Positions 9,294 to 17,923 of a stretch of 64,000 nucleotides of DNA are shown piece by piece. A program made the position numbers and the translations under genes. Origin of the DNA: an uncultured virus (IMG/VR IMGVR_UViG_3300030495_000024) (lineage: Duplodnaviria > Heunggongvirae > Uroviricota > Caudoviricetes); IMG/VR virus record IMGVR_UViG_3300030495_000024; one strand, written 5' to 3'. The notes under the pieces were generated by a model, which worked only from the letters and a program-made list of their open reading frames with translations, did no database searches and was not told the origin of the DNA. Each line of letters opens with the position of its first letter. Position 1 is the first letter of the stretch.

Positions 9294-9572
9294 ATGTCAA
9301 ATAAGCCTAAGCGCAGACGCATCAAGTTTGAGAAGCGAACGAACGCACTCTATGGTCAGATCTGGCGCCTGACCGAAGGCGCGATCTACGAATGCTTCAA
9401 GGCACATCCCGAATATCTCGCCAACAACGTCCATCGACGATCTGTCCATAACAGCATCGTGAAGCGCGTGACAGGCGAGATCACCGGCTGGATCGAGCAG
9501 CGCTCGAGACAGCGCCGTTCCGGGGCAAGCTCGGCGGCGGACACTTCATCCGTTCCTGCCAGGGACGGGTGA
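9294..9572 (+). CDS. Hypothetical basic protein
   Basis: ORF from MSNKPKRRR. Confidence 0.55.
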   Translation: MSNKPKRRRIKFEKRTNALYGQIWRLTEGAIYECFKAHPEYLANNVHRRSVHNSIVKRVTGEITGWIEQRSRQRRSGASSAADTSSVPARDG

Positions 9573-9669
9573 ATGCGGGGCGGTTCTACGTCCTGCAGGA
9601 ACGAGTTGTGATCCTCGCTCCCGGGCTCGGGGACCGCTCCCCGAGCCCGTCAACAACTGGGAGATCCTT

Positions 9670-10149
9670 ATGACCACCAAGATCGTCATCGGCCTCGCCG
9701 AACTTCAGAGCCTTATCGCCACCAAGCCCGAGATCGAAATCCAGCTGCTCGACCAGGCCGTGCCGCAGCTCGCCGGCATTCTCGCTCGGAAGGTCGAGGA
9801 GCGCGCCGGTAAGCTGGGCGACGCCGTCCAGCAGGCCGTGAACCGGCAGCTGAACGACATTGGCAACAAGTATGGCCACATGAACGGCGCCACGCGCGCG
9901 ATCATCGTCACCCTCGTCAAGGAGCAACTGGATCAGTTCGGGCGATCCATCGCGCGCCAGACGATCGACGAACATCTTCGGTCCCAGATGGAGACCATGT
10001 TCGAGGACATGAAGAAGGAGGCGCTCAAGTCGCTCGAGGCTCGCGAGGAGATCTCGAAGCGCAACATCGACATCTACGCCAAGCAGGCCGCTGAGCGAGA
10101 GGTCCTCTCGCTCATGCGAGGCATGGGAGCCAAGGAGGCTCAATCATGA
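9670..10149 (+). CDS. Hypothetical helical/coiled-coil protein
   Basis: GGGAG RBS; codon bias. Confidence 0.7.
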   Translation: MTTKIVIGLAELQSLIATKPEIEIQLLDQAVPQLAGILARKVEERAGKLGDAVQQAVNRQLNDIGNKYGHMNGATRAIIVTLVKEQLDQFGRSIARQTIDEHLRSQMETMFEDMKKEALKSLEAREEISKRNIDIYAKQAAEREVLSLMRGMGAKEAQS

Positions 10150-10466
10150 AACAGCCTCCGATCTACATCGTGATGAACCGCCATATCGTGGCCGAGAACC
10201 GGAAGCTCCCACGGGAGCTGCGCAAGCCCGCCGTCCGGGTGACCCGAGGCAAGCACGGCAAGCCGATCTACTGCGACAGCTACCTGATCCATGGGCCGTC
10301 GCAGCTCCTGAACGGCCTCGGCGAAGCCGTGCTCCCCTGCGGCGCCACCATGGCCATCTTCACCCTGGCCGCCGTCACGCTCACGGTCGAGCGCCGGCTC
10401 GCCACCGTCGACCTGCCCACCGAGAGGACGCTCTCCGCGTCGGAGCCGCTGGATCTTGCTGCCTGA
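10146..10466 (+). CDS. Hypothetical phage protein
   Basis: ATGA overlap; GGAGG RBS. Confidence 0.65.
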   Translation: MKQPPIYIVMNRHIVAENRKLPRELRKPAVRVTRGKHGKPIYCDSYLIHGPSQLLNGLGEAVLPCGATMAIFTLAAVTLTVERRLATVDLPTERTLSASEPLDLAA

Positions 10467-10473
10467 ACAACTC

Positions 10474-10488
10474 GGTACGTTTCGTACC
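10474..10488. promoter_or_regulatory. Palindrome family A (GGTACG-ttt-CGTACC)
   Basis: Exact consensus with 8-bp arms; CTTGCT upstream. Confidence 0.8.
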
Positions 10489-10510
10489 GACAACCCGCCG
10501 AGGATATGCC

Positions 10511-11170
10511 ATGATGTTCCACTTCCGCCGCGTGTCCACCAATCGCAAGCTCGGACCCATGCCCGCCGTCATGGCCTCACAGGCCACATGCCCCTCGACC
10601 TGTGCGCTCCGCGGCGCCGGCTGCTACGCCGAGCACGGTCCGGCCTCGATCTTCTGGCGCAAGCTCACCGCGGGCGACGCTCCGAACCAGGTCACGTTCG
10701 AGCAGCTGCTGCACCTTATCCGCGCGTTGCCCAAGCGGATCCGCTGGCGCTACGGCACGGCCGGCGACCTGCCGCCCGAGCCCGCCGATGTGGTCGCCCT
10801 GGCCCGCGCCAACGGCGGCCGGGAGGCGATCGTCTTTACCCATGGTCGTAGGTACGATACGTACCGCAAGGCCGGGGCGCTCGGCATGCACATCAACGTC
10901 TCGACCGACAGCCTCGCGGAGGCCGACGCCGTGCTCGACGCTGCGCCTGACATGAGCGTCGTCACCGTGCTGCCGTCCGATCACGGCCGCCGGCCGACGC
11001 ACACACCCAGCGGCCGCGAGGTGGCCGTGTGCCCGGCCACCTTCAGCGATCGGGTGACATGCTCGACCTGCAACCTCTGCTCCCGGCCCCGGCCACGCGG
11101 CGTGATCGTCGGCTTCCCGGCGCACGGCTCACGTCGTCGCATGATCGATCGGAGGCTCACCGACGCATGA
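10511..11170 (+). CDS. Cys-rich Gp88/DUF7227-like protein (radical-SAM-like Fe-S motif)
   Basis: TCPSTCALRGAGCYA and C-terminal CPA..CSTCNLC; RYGTAGDL. Confidence 0.55.
   Translation: MMFHFRRVSTNRKLGPMPAVMASQATCPSTCALRGAGCYAEHGPASIFWRKLTAGDAPNQVTFEQLLHLIRALPKRIRWRYGTAGDLPPEPADVVALARANGGREAIVFTHGRRYDTYRKAGALGMHINVSTDSLAEADAVLDAAPDMSVVTVLPSDHGRRPTHTPSGREVAVCPATFSDRVTCSTCNLCSRPRPRGVIVGFPAHGSRRRMIDRRLTDA
10851..10865. promoter_or_regulatory. Palindrome family A (GGTACG-ata-CGTACC), intragenic
   Basis: Exact consensus inside CDS 10511-11170. Confidence 0.7.
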
Positions 11171-11628
11171 ACGCCACAGACTCCCGCATCCGGGATCTGG
11201 CCCTCGCGGGCCTCTCCCACCAAGAGGCGGCCCGAGAGCTGCCAAAGCTCTCGCCGTCCACGGTCCGGGTCTACTTCAACCGCATCGTGCAGGGGTTCAC
11301 GCCCGAGCAGCGGGCGCGGATGGAGAAGGCTCGTGCGACGCGCGGCGCCGCTTCGACCGACGCCTACCACCGGCCCTTCTCCGAGCGGCAGGCCATCAGT
11401 GCTGAGCACATCCGTATCGGACGCAAGCTGGTGAAGCTTCGCCTCTCCGAGCACATGACGCTCAGCGAGTTCGCCGCCCACTTCGACTTCTCGAACCGAG
11501 TAACCCTGTCCGCCATGGAGCAGGGATACCACGACTTCACCATGACTGAGATCCGAAAGATCTCGACGATACTGGGGACCTCTATCGAGGATCTCATGTG
11601 TCCTCCTGACGGAGCCTTAGCCGCATGA
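11167..11628 (+). CDS. Transcriptional regulator: N-terminal HTH plus C-terminal XRE-type HTH
   Basis: GLSHQEAARELPKLSPSTVRVY; IGRKLVKLR..MTLSEFA...TLSAMEQG...ISTILGTSIEDL. Confidence 0.75.
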   Translation: MNATDSRIRDLALAGLSHQEAARELPKLSPSTVRVYFNRIVQGFTPEQRARMEKARATRGAASTDAYHRPFSERQAISAEHIRIGRKLVKLRLSEHMTLSEFAAHFDFSNRVTLSAMEQGYHDFTMTEIRKISTILGTSIEDLMCPPDGALAA

Positions 11629-11798
11629 TCCTCGACACCAAGTCCTTCTTCGGTCTGTTGCGCATCCACCATCGGCTCTCGCCGACCGCGCGGCGCGACG
11701 ACCTCTCCGGCCGCCTGAAGCTGATCGCCGATGGCCGGATCAACTCCGACCCGCTTACCCGCCGCTGCCTCGCGCTGTTCCTGCGGAGACGATCGTGA
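11625..11798 (+). CDS. Small hypothetical protein (57 aa)
   Basis: Bridges its neighbours through ATGA and GTGA overlaps. Confidence 0.55.
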   Translation: MILDTKSFFGLLRIHHRLSPTARRDDLSGRLKLIADGRINSDPLTRRCLALFLRRRS

Positions 11799-12376
11799 CC
11801 CCAGCCACCCACTACGGCATCCATCGGCAGGACGAGTTCCTCTTCCTGCACGAGCAGGACGGCGGCCGGTGTCTGTCGCCCGGCTACGGCCGGCTCGACA
11901 GCCCGTTCGACGTGCGGGTGCCGCACTGGCTGCGCTGCCCGCACCGACTCTGTCCTCCGGAGATCGGCCCGGTCCTCGATCACCCGTTCGCGCGGGCCAT
12001 GGGGCCGGACCAGGAGGCTCGGCTTTTCTACGTCCGCGCGGCCGACGTCCACTGGATCTGGCGGCTGTCGGCGATGACGCCGACGCTCCATCGCTTCGTC
12101 GAGCCCTACACGGTGCTGCGCCGGCCGCGCATCTCGCGCCTCGCGCCAAAGCTCCTGCTCACCAACGTCGCGCCCGTCGCCATCACCGACACCGAGCCTG
12201 GCGATCTCGTCGAGCTGGAGACGCTCGCGGCGATGCCGCGCCTGCGCAACCTGATCGTCTGCGGTCCCCTGAAGCTGCCCGGCGCCGAGGTCCTGGACCC
12301 GGCCGGGCTCCCCATGAACCACGACTGGGCGGCCGAGGGCCGGCGCCAGCTCTACCACCTCATCCGTAGGAGCTGA
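11795..12376 (+). CDS. Hypothetical protein
   Basis: GTGA overlap; codon bias. Confidence 0.6.
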   Translation: MTPATHYGIHRQDEFLFLHEQDGGRCLSPGYGRLDSPFDVRVPHWLRCPHRLCPPEIGPVLDHPFARAMGPDQEARLFYVRAADVHWIWRLSAMTPTLHRFVEPYTVLRRPRISRLAPKLLLTNVAPVAITDTEPGDLVELETLAAMPRLRNLIVCGPLKLPGAEVLDPAGLPMNHDWAAEGRRQLYHLIRRS

Positions 12377-12378
12377 TC

Positions 12379-13734
12379 ATGGCCACCGAGACCCTGCTGT
12401 CGCGTGAGATCCTTGCCATCCTTGAGCGGTGGAAGGACGCCACTGACGGCGTCTACACGCTGAATGCCGCTTCGATCGAGATCGCGGAGAGACTGCGCGA
12501 TCGTGTCGAGCAGGGCCACGAGCTGCACAAGGCCTATCTGCGCTTGCGCGCGATCCTGCCGGGCGCCTTCAAGACGCCGTTCGCGCCCTCGTCCGCGCAG
12601 GTCTTCGAGGTCACCGAAGCCGCGGCCCGAGCCGCTGTCGAGAGCCATCTCATGACTGCAGGGACGGCCGAGGACATGCGCGAGCGTGCTGCACAGGTGG
12701 TCGAGAGCCATCACCGCGCCGCCGAGTTCGGTCGCACCGAGCCCTACGACGGCGATGAGATCGCGGCGGCGATCCGTGCCCTCCCGACCGCATCCACCGA
12801 GGGCGGTGGCAGGGCGGCGGATAGATGGCTCGTTTGGCGAGGCGCGATCGAGGGCTACGACGCTTCGGTCACCGCGGCTACGGTGGCGCTTGGCAAGCTC
12901 CGTGACCTCAAGACGCCAACCGACGACGAGACCACGGCCCGACACCTGCTCTGGATCGTCGGCCTGGATCATATCTGGGAGCACGTCAAAGCCCTGCGCT
13001 CAGCCCTCGCCGCCGCCCCGCCCCCTGCGGCAGAGCCCGCGAAGGCGAATTGGATCGACCGCGCAGCCTACTGCGCGACCGAGATCCTGAAGCGGCTCGA
13101 TCATCACTTCCCCGACAAGCCTGCCTTCCGTGGTGAAGGGGATCATGACGGGCTGAGCCCGGGGCACCTGAAGTTCCTGGCCGTCTCGCTGGTTCGCCGA
13201 GAGCTGAACAGCGAGACGAAGGCCTGCCGGTGGCTCGGCTGGCTGCAGGCCGGCGCGGTCCTCCACGGCATCACGACCCTGGAGGACATGAAGGAGCTGA
13301 ACCTCGCCTCGGGCGAGATCGTCCCGCGCATGTTCGACACCGGCTTCCAGTCCCGGAACGCGGTCTGGATGGAGGAGTGCTTCCGGGACGATCCCACCGA
13401 CCTGCCCGAGCGCGCAGCACGCTTCGGCGAGGAGAGCCTCGAGCTGCTCCAGGCCGCCGGCATGACGCGGGAGCAGGTCCTGCAGCTCGTCGACTATGTC
13501 TTTGCTCGCCCGGTCGGCGAGCCGGGGCAGGAGATAGGCGGGACCCTGACCTGCCTCGCCGGCCTCGCCACGCTCCTCCGCTTCGACATGGCCGCGTGCG
13601 GCGAGCGCGAGCTGGAGCGGGTCAGCACGCCCGAGATCATGGCCAAGATCCGCGGGAAGCGATCGCGCCGTCACGGTCGTGGTCCGTTGCCGGGTACGTC
13701 GGAGGTGGACCTGGTGCCGGTGAGGGAGGACTGA
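12379..13734 (+). CDS. Multidomain protein with C-terminal MazG-like domain
   Basis: ERAARFGEESLELLQA...VGEPGQEIGG resembles an all-alpha NTP pyrophosphatase. Confidence 0.55.
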   Translation: MATETLLSREILAILERWKDATDGVYTLNAASIEIAERLRDRVEQGHELHKAYLRLRAILPGAFKTPFAPSSAQVFEVTEAAARAAVESHLMTAGTAEDMRERAAQVVESHHRAAEFGRTEPYDGDEIAAAIRALPTASTEGGGRAADRWLVWRGAIEGYDASVTAATVALGKLRDLKTPTDDETTARHLLWIVGLDHIWEHVKALRSALAAAPPPAAEPAKANWIDRAAYCATEILKRLDHHFPDKPAFRGEGDHDGLSPGHLKFLAVSLVRRELNSETKACRWLGWLQAGAVLHGITTLEDMKELNLASGEIVPRMFDTGFQSRNAVWMEECFRDDPTDLPERAARFGEESLELLQAAGMTREQVLQLVDYVFARPVGEPGQEIGGTLTCLAGLATLLRFDMAACGERELERVSTPEIMAKIRGKRSRRHGRGPLPGTSEVDLVPVRED

Positions 13735-13736
13735 CC

Positions 13737-14066
13737 ATGGCAGAGCTACGCGCCGCCGCGAACGTCGTCGGGACCGTGACCTTCGTGGTCACCGAGGAGG
13801 AGGTCAGGGCGCTCGATGCCCTGGTCGGCTACGGTGATGAGGCCTTCCTGCGGGTCTTCTACAAGCAGCTGGGCCAGTCCTACCTGAAGCCGCACGAGGC
13901 CGGTCTGCGCTCTCTGTTCAAGCGGGTCAGAGCCGATATGCCCTTCATCGTCCGGCGGTTCGACGCGGCGCGCGCTGCGTTCCGCTCGCCCGACCCGGAC
14001 GGGGTCCGGCACGCGGTCGCCCGCATCGCCGAGACTGCGGTCCAGCGCCGGCAGAGGGAGGGCTGA
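13737..14066 (+). CDS. Hypothetical protein
   Basis: GGAGGA RBS. Confidence 0.65.
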   Translation: MAELRAAANVVGTVTFVVTEEEVRALDALVGYGDEAFLRVFYKQLGQSYLKPHEAGLRSLFKRVRADMPFIVRRFDAARAAFRSPDPDGVRHAVARIAETAVQRRQREG

Positions 14067-14069
14067 TCC

Positions 14070-15479
14070 ATGACCGTGACCGCTGCGCCCCGTGAGCTGC
14101 GACCCGACCAGATCCAGGACCTCGGCCGCCTGTTCTACAAGGAGCGTCGCTGCATCCACGGCGGCGAGCCGGGCACCGGCAAGACGCCGACCATCTGCGT
14201 CCTCCAGCGAGCGCGGTGGGACAAGCACGGCCATCGCACCCTCTGGCTGATGCCGATGAAGCTCCTGGAGAAGAACCTCGACGAGGCGCTGCTCTGGGGC
14301 GAGTGGGGTGAGGACGAGGTCGTCATCCTCGACGGTCCCGTCGAGCCGCGCCATCTGGCCGCCAAGGTGGTCCTGATGGGCTACACCCGGTTCGAGCTGA
14401 GCAGCGAGGCGTTCTCGCCGGAGCAGGGCTTCTACGCCGTCGACATCGACGAGTGGCATAAGGCCTTCGGTGGCCACGAGAGCAAGCGGACCCAGGCGCT
14501 CTACCGCTGGTGCGCCCGGCGCGGGAAGGACCTCTGGTTCGTGCCGATGACGGGCACCAGCTACAACGGCCGCCCCTCGACGGTGTACCCCGCGATCCAG
14601 GTCATCGAGCCCCGCTACTACGGGACGCCCGAGGCCTTCGACATGATGCACAACATCGTCGATCCATGGTCCCGCAAGGTGGTCGGGCACGACAATCTCG
14701 ATCGTCTCGAGGCGATCCTCTCGAAGCACTCCATCAAGCGGCTCTGGAGCGAGGTCCATGGACCCGAGGAGCTGGTCGTCGAGATCGCCCGCTGCCGGAT
14801 GAACGAGCGGCAGCGGAAGGCCTACGAGACCTTCCGGGAGACGGCGCTCCTGGAGCTGGAGCAGTTCTTCGTGGACGGCACCAAGCCCGGCGTCGCCTTC
14901 ACGCGCGCCCGGCAGATCATGGAGCACCCCAACGCGTTCCCCGACCTCGTGAACCCCGGGCAGTGGGTCGACATCTGCCCCGGCGAGACGCCGGGCAAGC
15001 TCGAGGAGTTCGGCGACGACTGCGAGAAGCTCACGTCGCTCGCGCGACCGCTCCTCGCCTACGCGGCGCTCAAGCCGCAGCAGCGCCAGATGCTCGACGT
15101 CGCGCGGGCTGCGGGGCGTCGCGCCGAGATCATCAACGGTGACACCTCACCGAAGCAGGCCGGCGAGATCGACAAGGCCTTCATCGCCGGCCGTCTCGAC
15201 ACGATCATCGGCTCGCCGCGGGTCGCCGACTGCGGCTTCAACTGGCAGTTCTGCGGCGCCAAGGAGGTTCAGGACGTCCTGTTCGTGTCGATGGACTACC
15301 AGGACACGGCGTTCTTCCAGGCCTACAAGCGGGCTATGCGCGAGGCTCGGCGATCTGCTCTGCGGATCAAGATCTCCACCTACGTCGACAGCATCGACCA
15401 GCACATCATGCGGCTGACCAAGCGGAAGTCCCAGGATGCGGCCAAGGTCGAGCGCGGTCGCGTCGTCATGCCCTGGTGA
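14070..15479 (+). CDS. Superfamily 2 (SNF2-like) DNA helicase
   Basis: PGTGKT (Walker A), IDEWH (motif II), MTGT (motif III), C-terminal GFN/KRAMR motifs. Confidence 0.85.
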   Translation: MTVTAAPRELRPDQIQDLGRLFYKERRCIHGGEPGTGKTPTICVLQRARWDKHGHRTLWLMPMKLLEKNLDEALLWGEWGEDEVVILDGPVEPRHLAAKVVLMGYTRFELSSEAFSPEQGFYAVDIDEWHKAFGGHESKRTQALYRWCARRGKDLWFVPMTGTSYNGRPSTVYPAIQVIEPRYYGTPEAFDMMHNIVDPWSRKVVGHDNLDRLEAILSKHSIKRLWSEVHGPEELVVEIARCRMNERQRKAYETFRETALLELEQFFVDGTKPGVAFTRARQIMEHPNAFPDLVNPGQWVDICPGETPGKLEEFGDDCEKLTSLARPLLAYAALKPQQRQMLDVARAAGRRAEIINGDTSPKQAGEIDKAFIAGRLDTIIGSPRVADCGFNWQFCGAKEVQDVLFVSMDYQDTAFFQAYKRAMREARRSALRIKISTYVDSIDQHIMRLTKRKSQDAAKVERGRVVMPW

Positions 15480-15482
15480 CGA

Positions 15483-15497
15483 GGTACGAAACGGACC
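15483..15497. promoter_or_regulatory. Palindrome family A variant (GGTACG-aaa-CGGACC) abutting ATG 15498
   Basis: One mismatch. Confidence 0.7.
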
Positions 15498-15764
15498 ATG
15501 CGCAACAGCTATCCTGGGGTCTGCTCTGACCGTGGCGGCCTCGTCGAGACGGGCGCCGGGTACTTCCAGCGTCACAAGGGGCGGTGGCTGGTCCGGCACG
15601 TGCTTTGCGTCGCGGTCAAGAAATTCATTGCTGACAGGGACCTATCGCACTGTCAGCAGGAAAGCCTGGCCACCTTCTCGCCCGCTCAGCGCGCGCAGCT
15701 GGAGGCTCTACGAGATCGAGCAAGAGGGGCTAGACAACCCCGCGGGGAACCTCTATCTCGATAA
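15498..15764 (+). CDS. Small hypothetical protein
   Basis: MRNSYPGVC...GYFQRHKGRWLVRH. Confidence 0.55.
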   Translation: MRNSYPGVCSDRGGLVETGAGYFQRHKGRWLVRHVLCVAVKKFIADRDLSHCQQESLATFSPAQRAQLEALRDRARGARQPRGEPLSR

Positions 15765-15769
15765 TTGTT

Positions 15770-15784
15770 GGTACGTTCCGTACC
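15770..15784. promoter_or_regulatory. Palindrome family A (GGTACG-ttc-CGTACC); arms extend to 15766-15788
   Basis: TGTTGGTACG/CGTACCAACA; GATAAT just upstream. Confidence 0.85.
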
Positions 15785-15818
15785 AACATTTCCAGTTCAA
15801 ATCACAGCGAGAATTCAA

Positions 15819-16505
15819 ATGTCCGACGCCATCAACGCCGCCCTTGCCGCCGCCGAGAAGGAGGCCGCCGAGACCCCCGCTCCGAACACTGCCGTCGCCC
15901 AGGCTCCGGCCGCGTCCGCGGGCCTTCCTGTCACCGGCGGCGCCCCGCGCTCCCTGACCGACTTCATGGACAGCGCGTCCATGAATGTGGAGGCCTACAT
16001 CACCGTCTCCGAGCTGGGCCTGCGCTTCGGCAAGGACAAGCTCATCCACGACAGCATCGACGTCGAGATGAAGTTCGGCGACGCCAAGGCCGGGTACACG
16101 CTTCGGGTGAACACCCCCTCTGGCGTGCAGTACAAGACCTCCTACGACGGCGTGACCGAGGTTCGCTCGCGCCAGAACTGGGCCGCGGTCATCGCGGACG
16201 GCAAGAAGATGGACGCCAACTCCTATGCGTCCGACCTGATCGAGCTGCCGGTCCGACTGCTCGCCGAGGGCAAGCGCAAGGAGGGCGGCAACCTCAAGGA
16301 GGGCACCGTCGTCGGCCTGTCGATCTCCTACATGAACTCGAAGGCCTTCGGCGCCTTCCTGAAGGAGCAGTATCCGAAGTACGGCCCCGACCAGTCGTTC
16401 AAGGTCCGCATCACCGCGGTTCCGAAGAAGGGCTCCGGCCAGGACTACGGCGTGTTCGGCTACGAGATCATCGACGACGCCGCTGCCAAGAAGAAGGTCG
16501 CCTAA
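15819..16505 (+). CDS. Putative ssDNA-binding/replication protein
   Basis: Lies between helicase and exonuclease/polymerase; strongly biased codons; function inferred from context only. Confidence 0.45.
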   Translation: MSDAINAALAAAEKEAAETPAPNTAVAQAPAASAGLPVTGGAPRSLTDFMDSASMNVEAYITVSELGLRFGKDKLIHDSIDVEMKFGDAKAGYTLRVNTPSGVQYKTSYDGVTEVRSRQNWAAVIADGKKMDANSYASDLIELPVRLLAEGKRKEGGNLKEGTVVGLSISYMNSKAFGAFLKEQYPKYGPDQSFKVRITAVPKKGSGQDYGVFGYEIIDDAAAKKKVA

Positions 16506-16514
16506 GCGCGGCCT

Positions 16515-16737
16515 GAAGAGATCGGTGGTCCCTGAGCTTCGCAAACACTGCGGGCGGGACGGCGAAGTACGCGGAACAAGAGGGTTCGACCTGGTCGGGT
16601 CAGGTTACGCGGTCAAAAGCCTCCTCGTCTAGGTCACGAGCCTGGCGATGCTGACCCTGCCGCCGCGGCGAACACAGGATGTGTCCTGAACACCGATGCA
16701 CAACAGGCCCGTGTCTTACCCAAGGCACGGGCCTTTT
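16515..16737 (+). ncRNA. Candidate structured non-coding RNA
   Basis: ORF-poor ~250-nt gap with nested helices and a closing terminator. Confidence 0.4.
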
Positions 16738-16738
16738 C
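16705..16738 (+). terminator. Rho-independent terminator
   Basis: AGGCCCGTGTCTT-accc-AAGGCACGGGCCT followed by TTTCTC. Confidence 0.75.
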
Positions 16739-16763
16739 TCTCTGTCAGCCTGGAGCAGGGGTC

Positions 16764-17099
16764 ATGCCTCAGAAGCCGCCATCACTCGTCACGCTCGATC
16801 CGAGCGGCCTGATGGAGCGTCGCGTCAACGAGCGCCCGCTCATCCGTCACCTCGTCCGAGTCGCCGGCTACCTCGGCATCGGTGCCCTGGTCCACGCCTG
16901 GTTCCTCGGTCCTCAATTCGAGCAGGGCAATCTCTGGAGCTGGGGCTACCTGTTCGCGTGGCCGGTGCCTCTGCTCTTCTGGGTCGTCGCCTCGATCCTG
17001 ATCTTCCTGTGCTACGCCGGCCTGCTCGTCGGCACCTGCGCGCTCGTCTGGTGGTTCGTCGTCACCGTCGTGGAGTCCCGCTGGAGGAGCGGGCGGTGA
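16764..17099 (+). CDS. Membrane protein
   Basis: 2-3 hydrophobic segments. Confidence 0.65.
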   Translation: MPQKPPSLVTLDPSGLMERRVNERPLIRHLVRVAGYLGIGALVHAWFLGPQFEQGNLWSWGYLFAWPVPLLFWVVASILIFLCYAGLLVGTCALVWWFVVTVVESRWRSGR

Positions 17100-17911
17100 C
17101 CATTCACATCTACGACGGGATGGCAGTGCTCCGGCGCCGCTTCGACGAGGCGCTGCCGGGACAGTTCGGGCGTGGCCCGCGCTCGGTCTTCACCGAAATG
17201 TTGGCGCTGCCCAAGGCAGACGTGGCGGTCTGGTGCTTCGAGGGGAGGGGGGCGAAGTTCGTCCGCCAGCGGATCCTCCCCGGCTACAAGGATCGTCCGT
17301 CGACCATGACGGACGGGCTGCACGCGCTGGTCGATCTGACCCGCAAGGCGCTCGAGCACACCCGCGCGATCCAGGTCGCGGTTCCGCAGCGTGAGGCCGA
17401 CGACGTCATCGCCCACCTCTGCGAGACCTACGGGGAGACCGGCCCCGTCATGGTCCATACGATCGACCGCGACCTGAAGGCGCTCGAGACCGCGAAGGTC
17501 AAGGTCGACGTGAGCGCGCTCAAGATCGTGGTCGACAAGCTCGACTCGAAGCAGGACCGGATCGTCGAGCCCTGCTTCATCCATCTCTACAAGGCTCTGG
17601 TTGGCGATCCCAGTGACCGCGTCCCTGGCTTGCCGAACTTCGGCCCGTTGACCTTCGCGAAGTGCGACTGGCCCCTCCTGAACATGGCCATGAAGGCGCT
17701 CGCCGCCGGCCAGGTTCACCGAGAGATGTTCCTCCGCGCCGGCGTGAAGGAGCCGACCGCCGACCGTATCGTCGAGCAGGCCGATCACCTTCGAGCCTGT
17801 TGGGACGTCACCGCCTTCCTGCCGATGCCCGGCGACTGGGAGGAGGGGATCACGGTCGGCAAGCCGAACCAGGCGGCCGGCGACGCCGTGCTCCGACAAT
17901 TCATGCACTGA
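17096..17911 (+). CDS. 5'-3' exonuclease (FEN/Pol I N-terminal family)
   Basis: IYDG, YK.R, EADDVIA, DRDL, GDPSDRVPG motifs. Confidence 0.9.
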   Translation: MTIHIYDGMAVLRRRFDEALPGQFGRGPRSVFTEMLALPKADVAVWCFEGRGAKFVRQRILPGYKDRPSTMTDGLHALVDLTRKALEHTRAIQVAVPQREADDVIAHLCETYGETGPVMVHTIDRDLKALETAKVKVDVSALKIVVDKLDSKQDRIVEPCFIHLYKALVGDPSDRVPGLPNFGPLTFAKCDWPLLNMAMKALAAGQVHREMFLRAGVKEPTADRIVEQADHLRACWDVTAFLPMPGDWEEGITVGKPNQAAGDAVLRQFMH

Positions 17912-17923
17912 GGGGAGGGCGCC

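Noticed and set aside
2701..15788. N4-type virion RNA polymerase hairpin promoters
   Set aside because: Loops are variable and closed G-NNN-C rather than C-GNA-G; no phage RNA polymerase gene in the window
16512..16548. CTGAAGA suggesting a hammerhead ribozyme
   Set aside because: No correctly placed GAAA after stem II and no stem I/III partners found by eye
16580..16600. GGTTCGAC resembling a tRNA T-loop
   Set aside because: Flanks do not form a T-stem and no cloverleaf can be built
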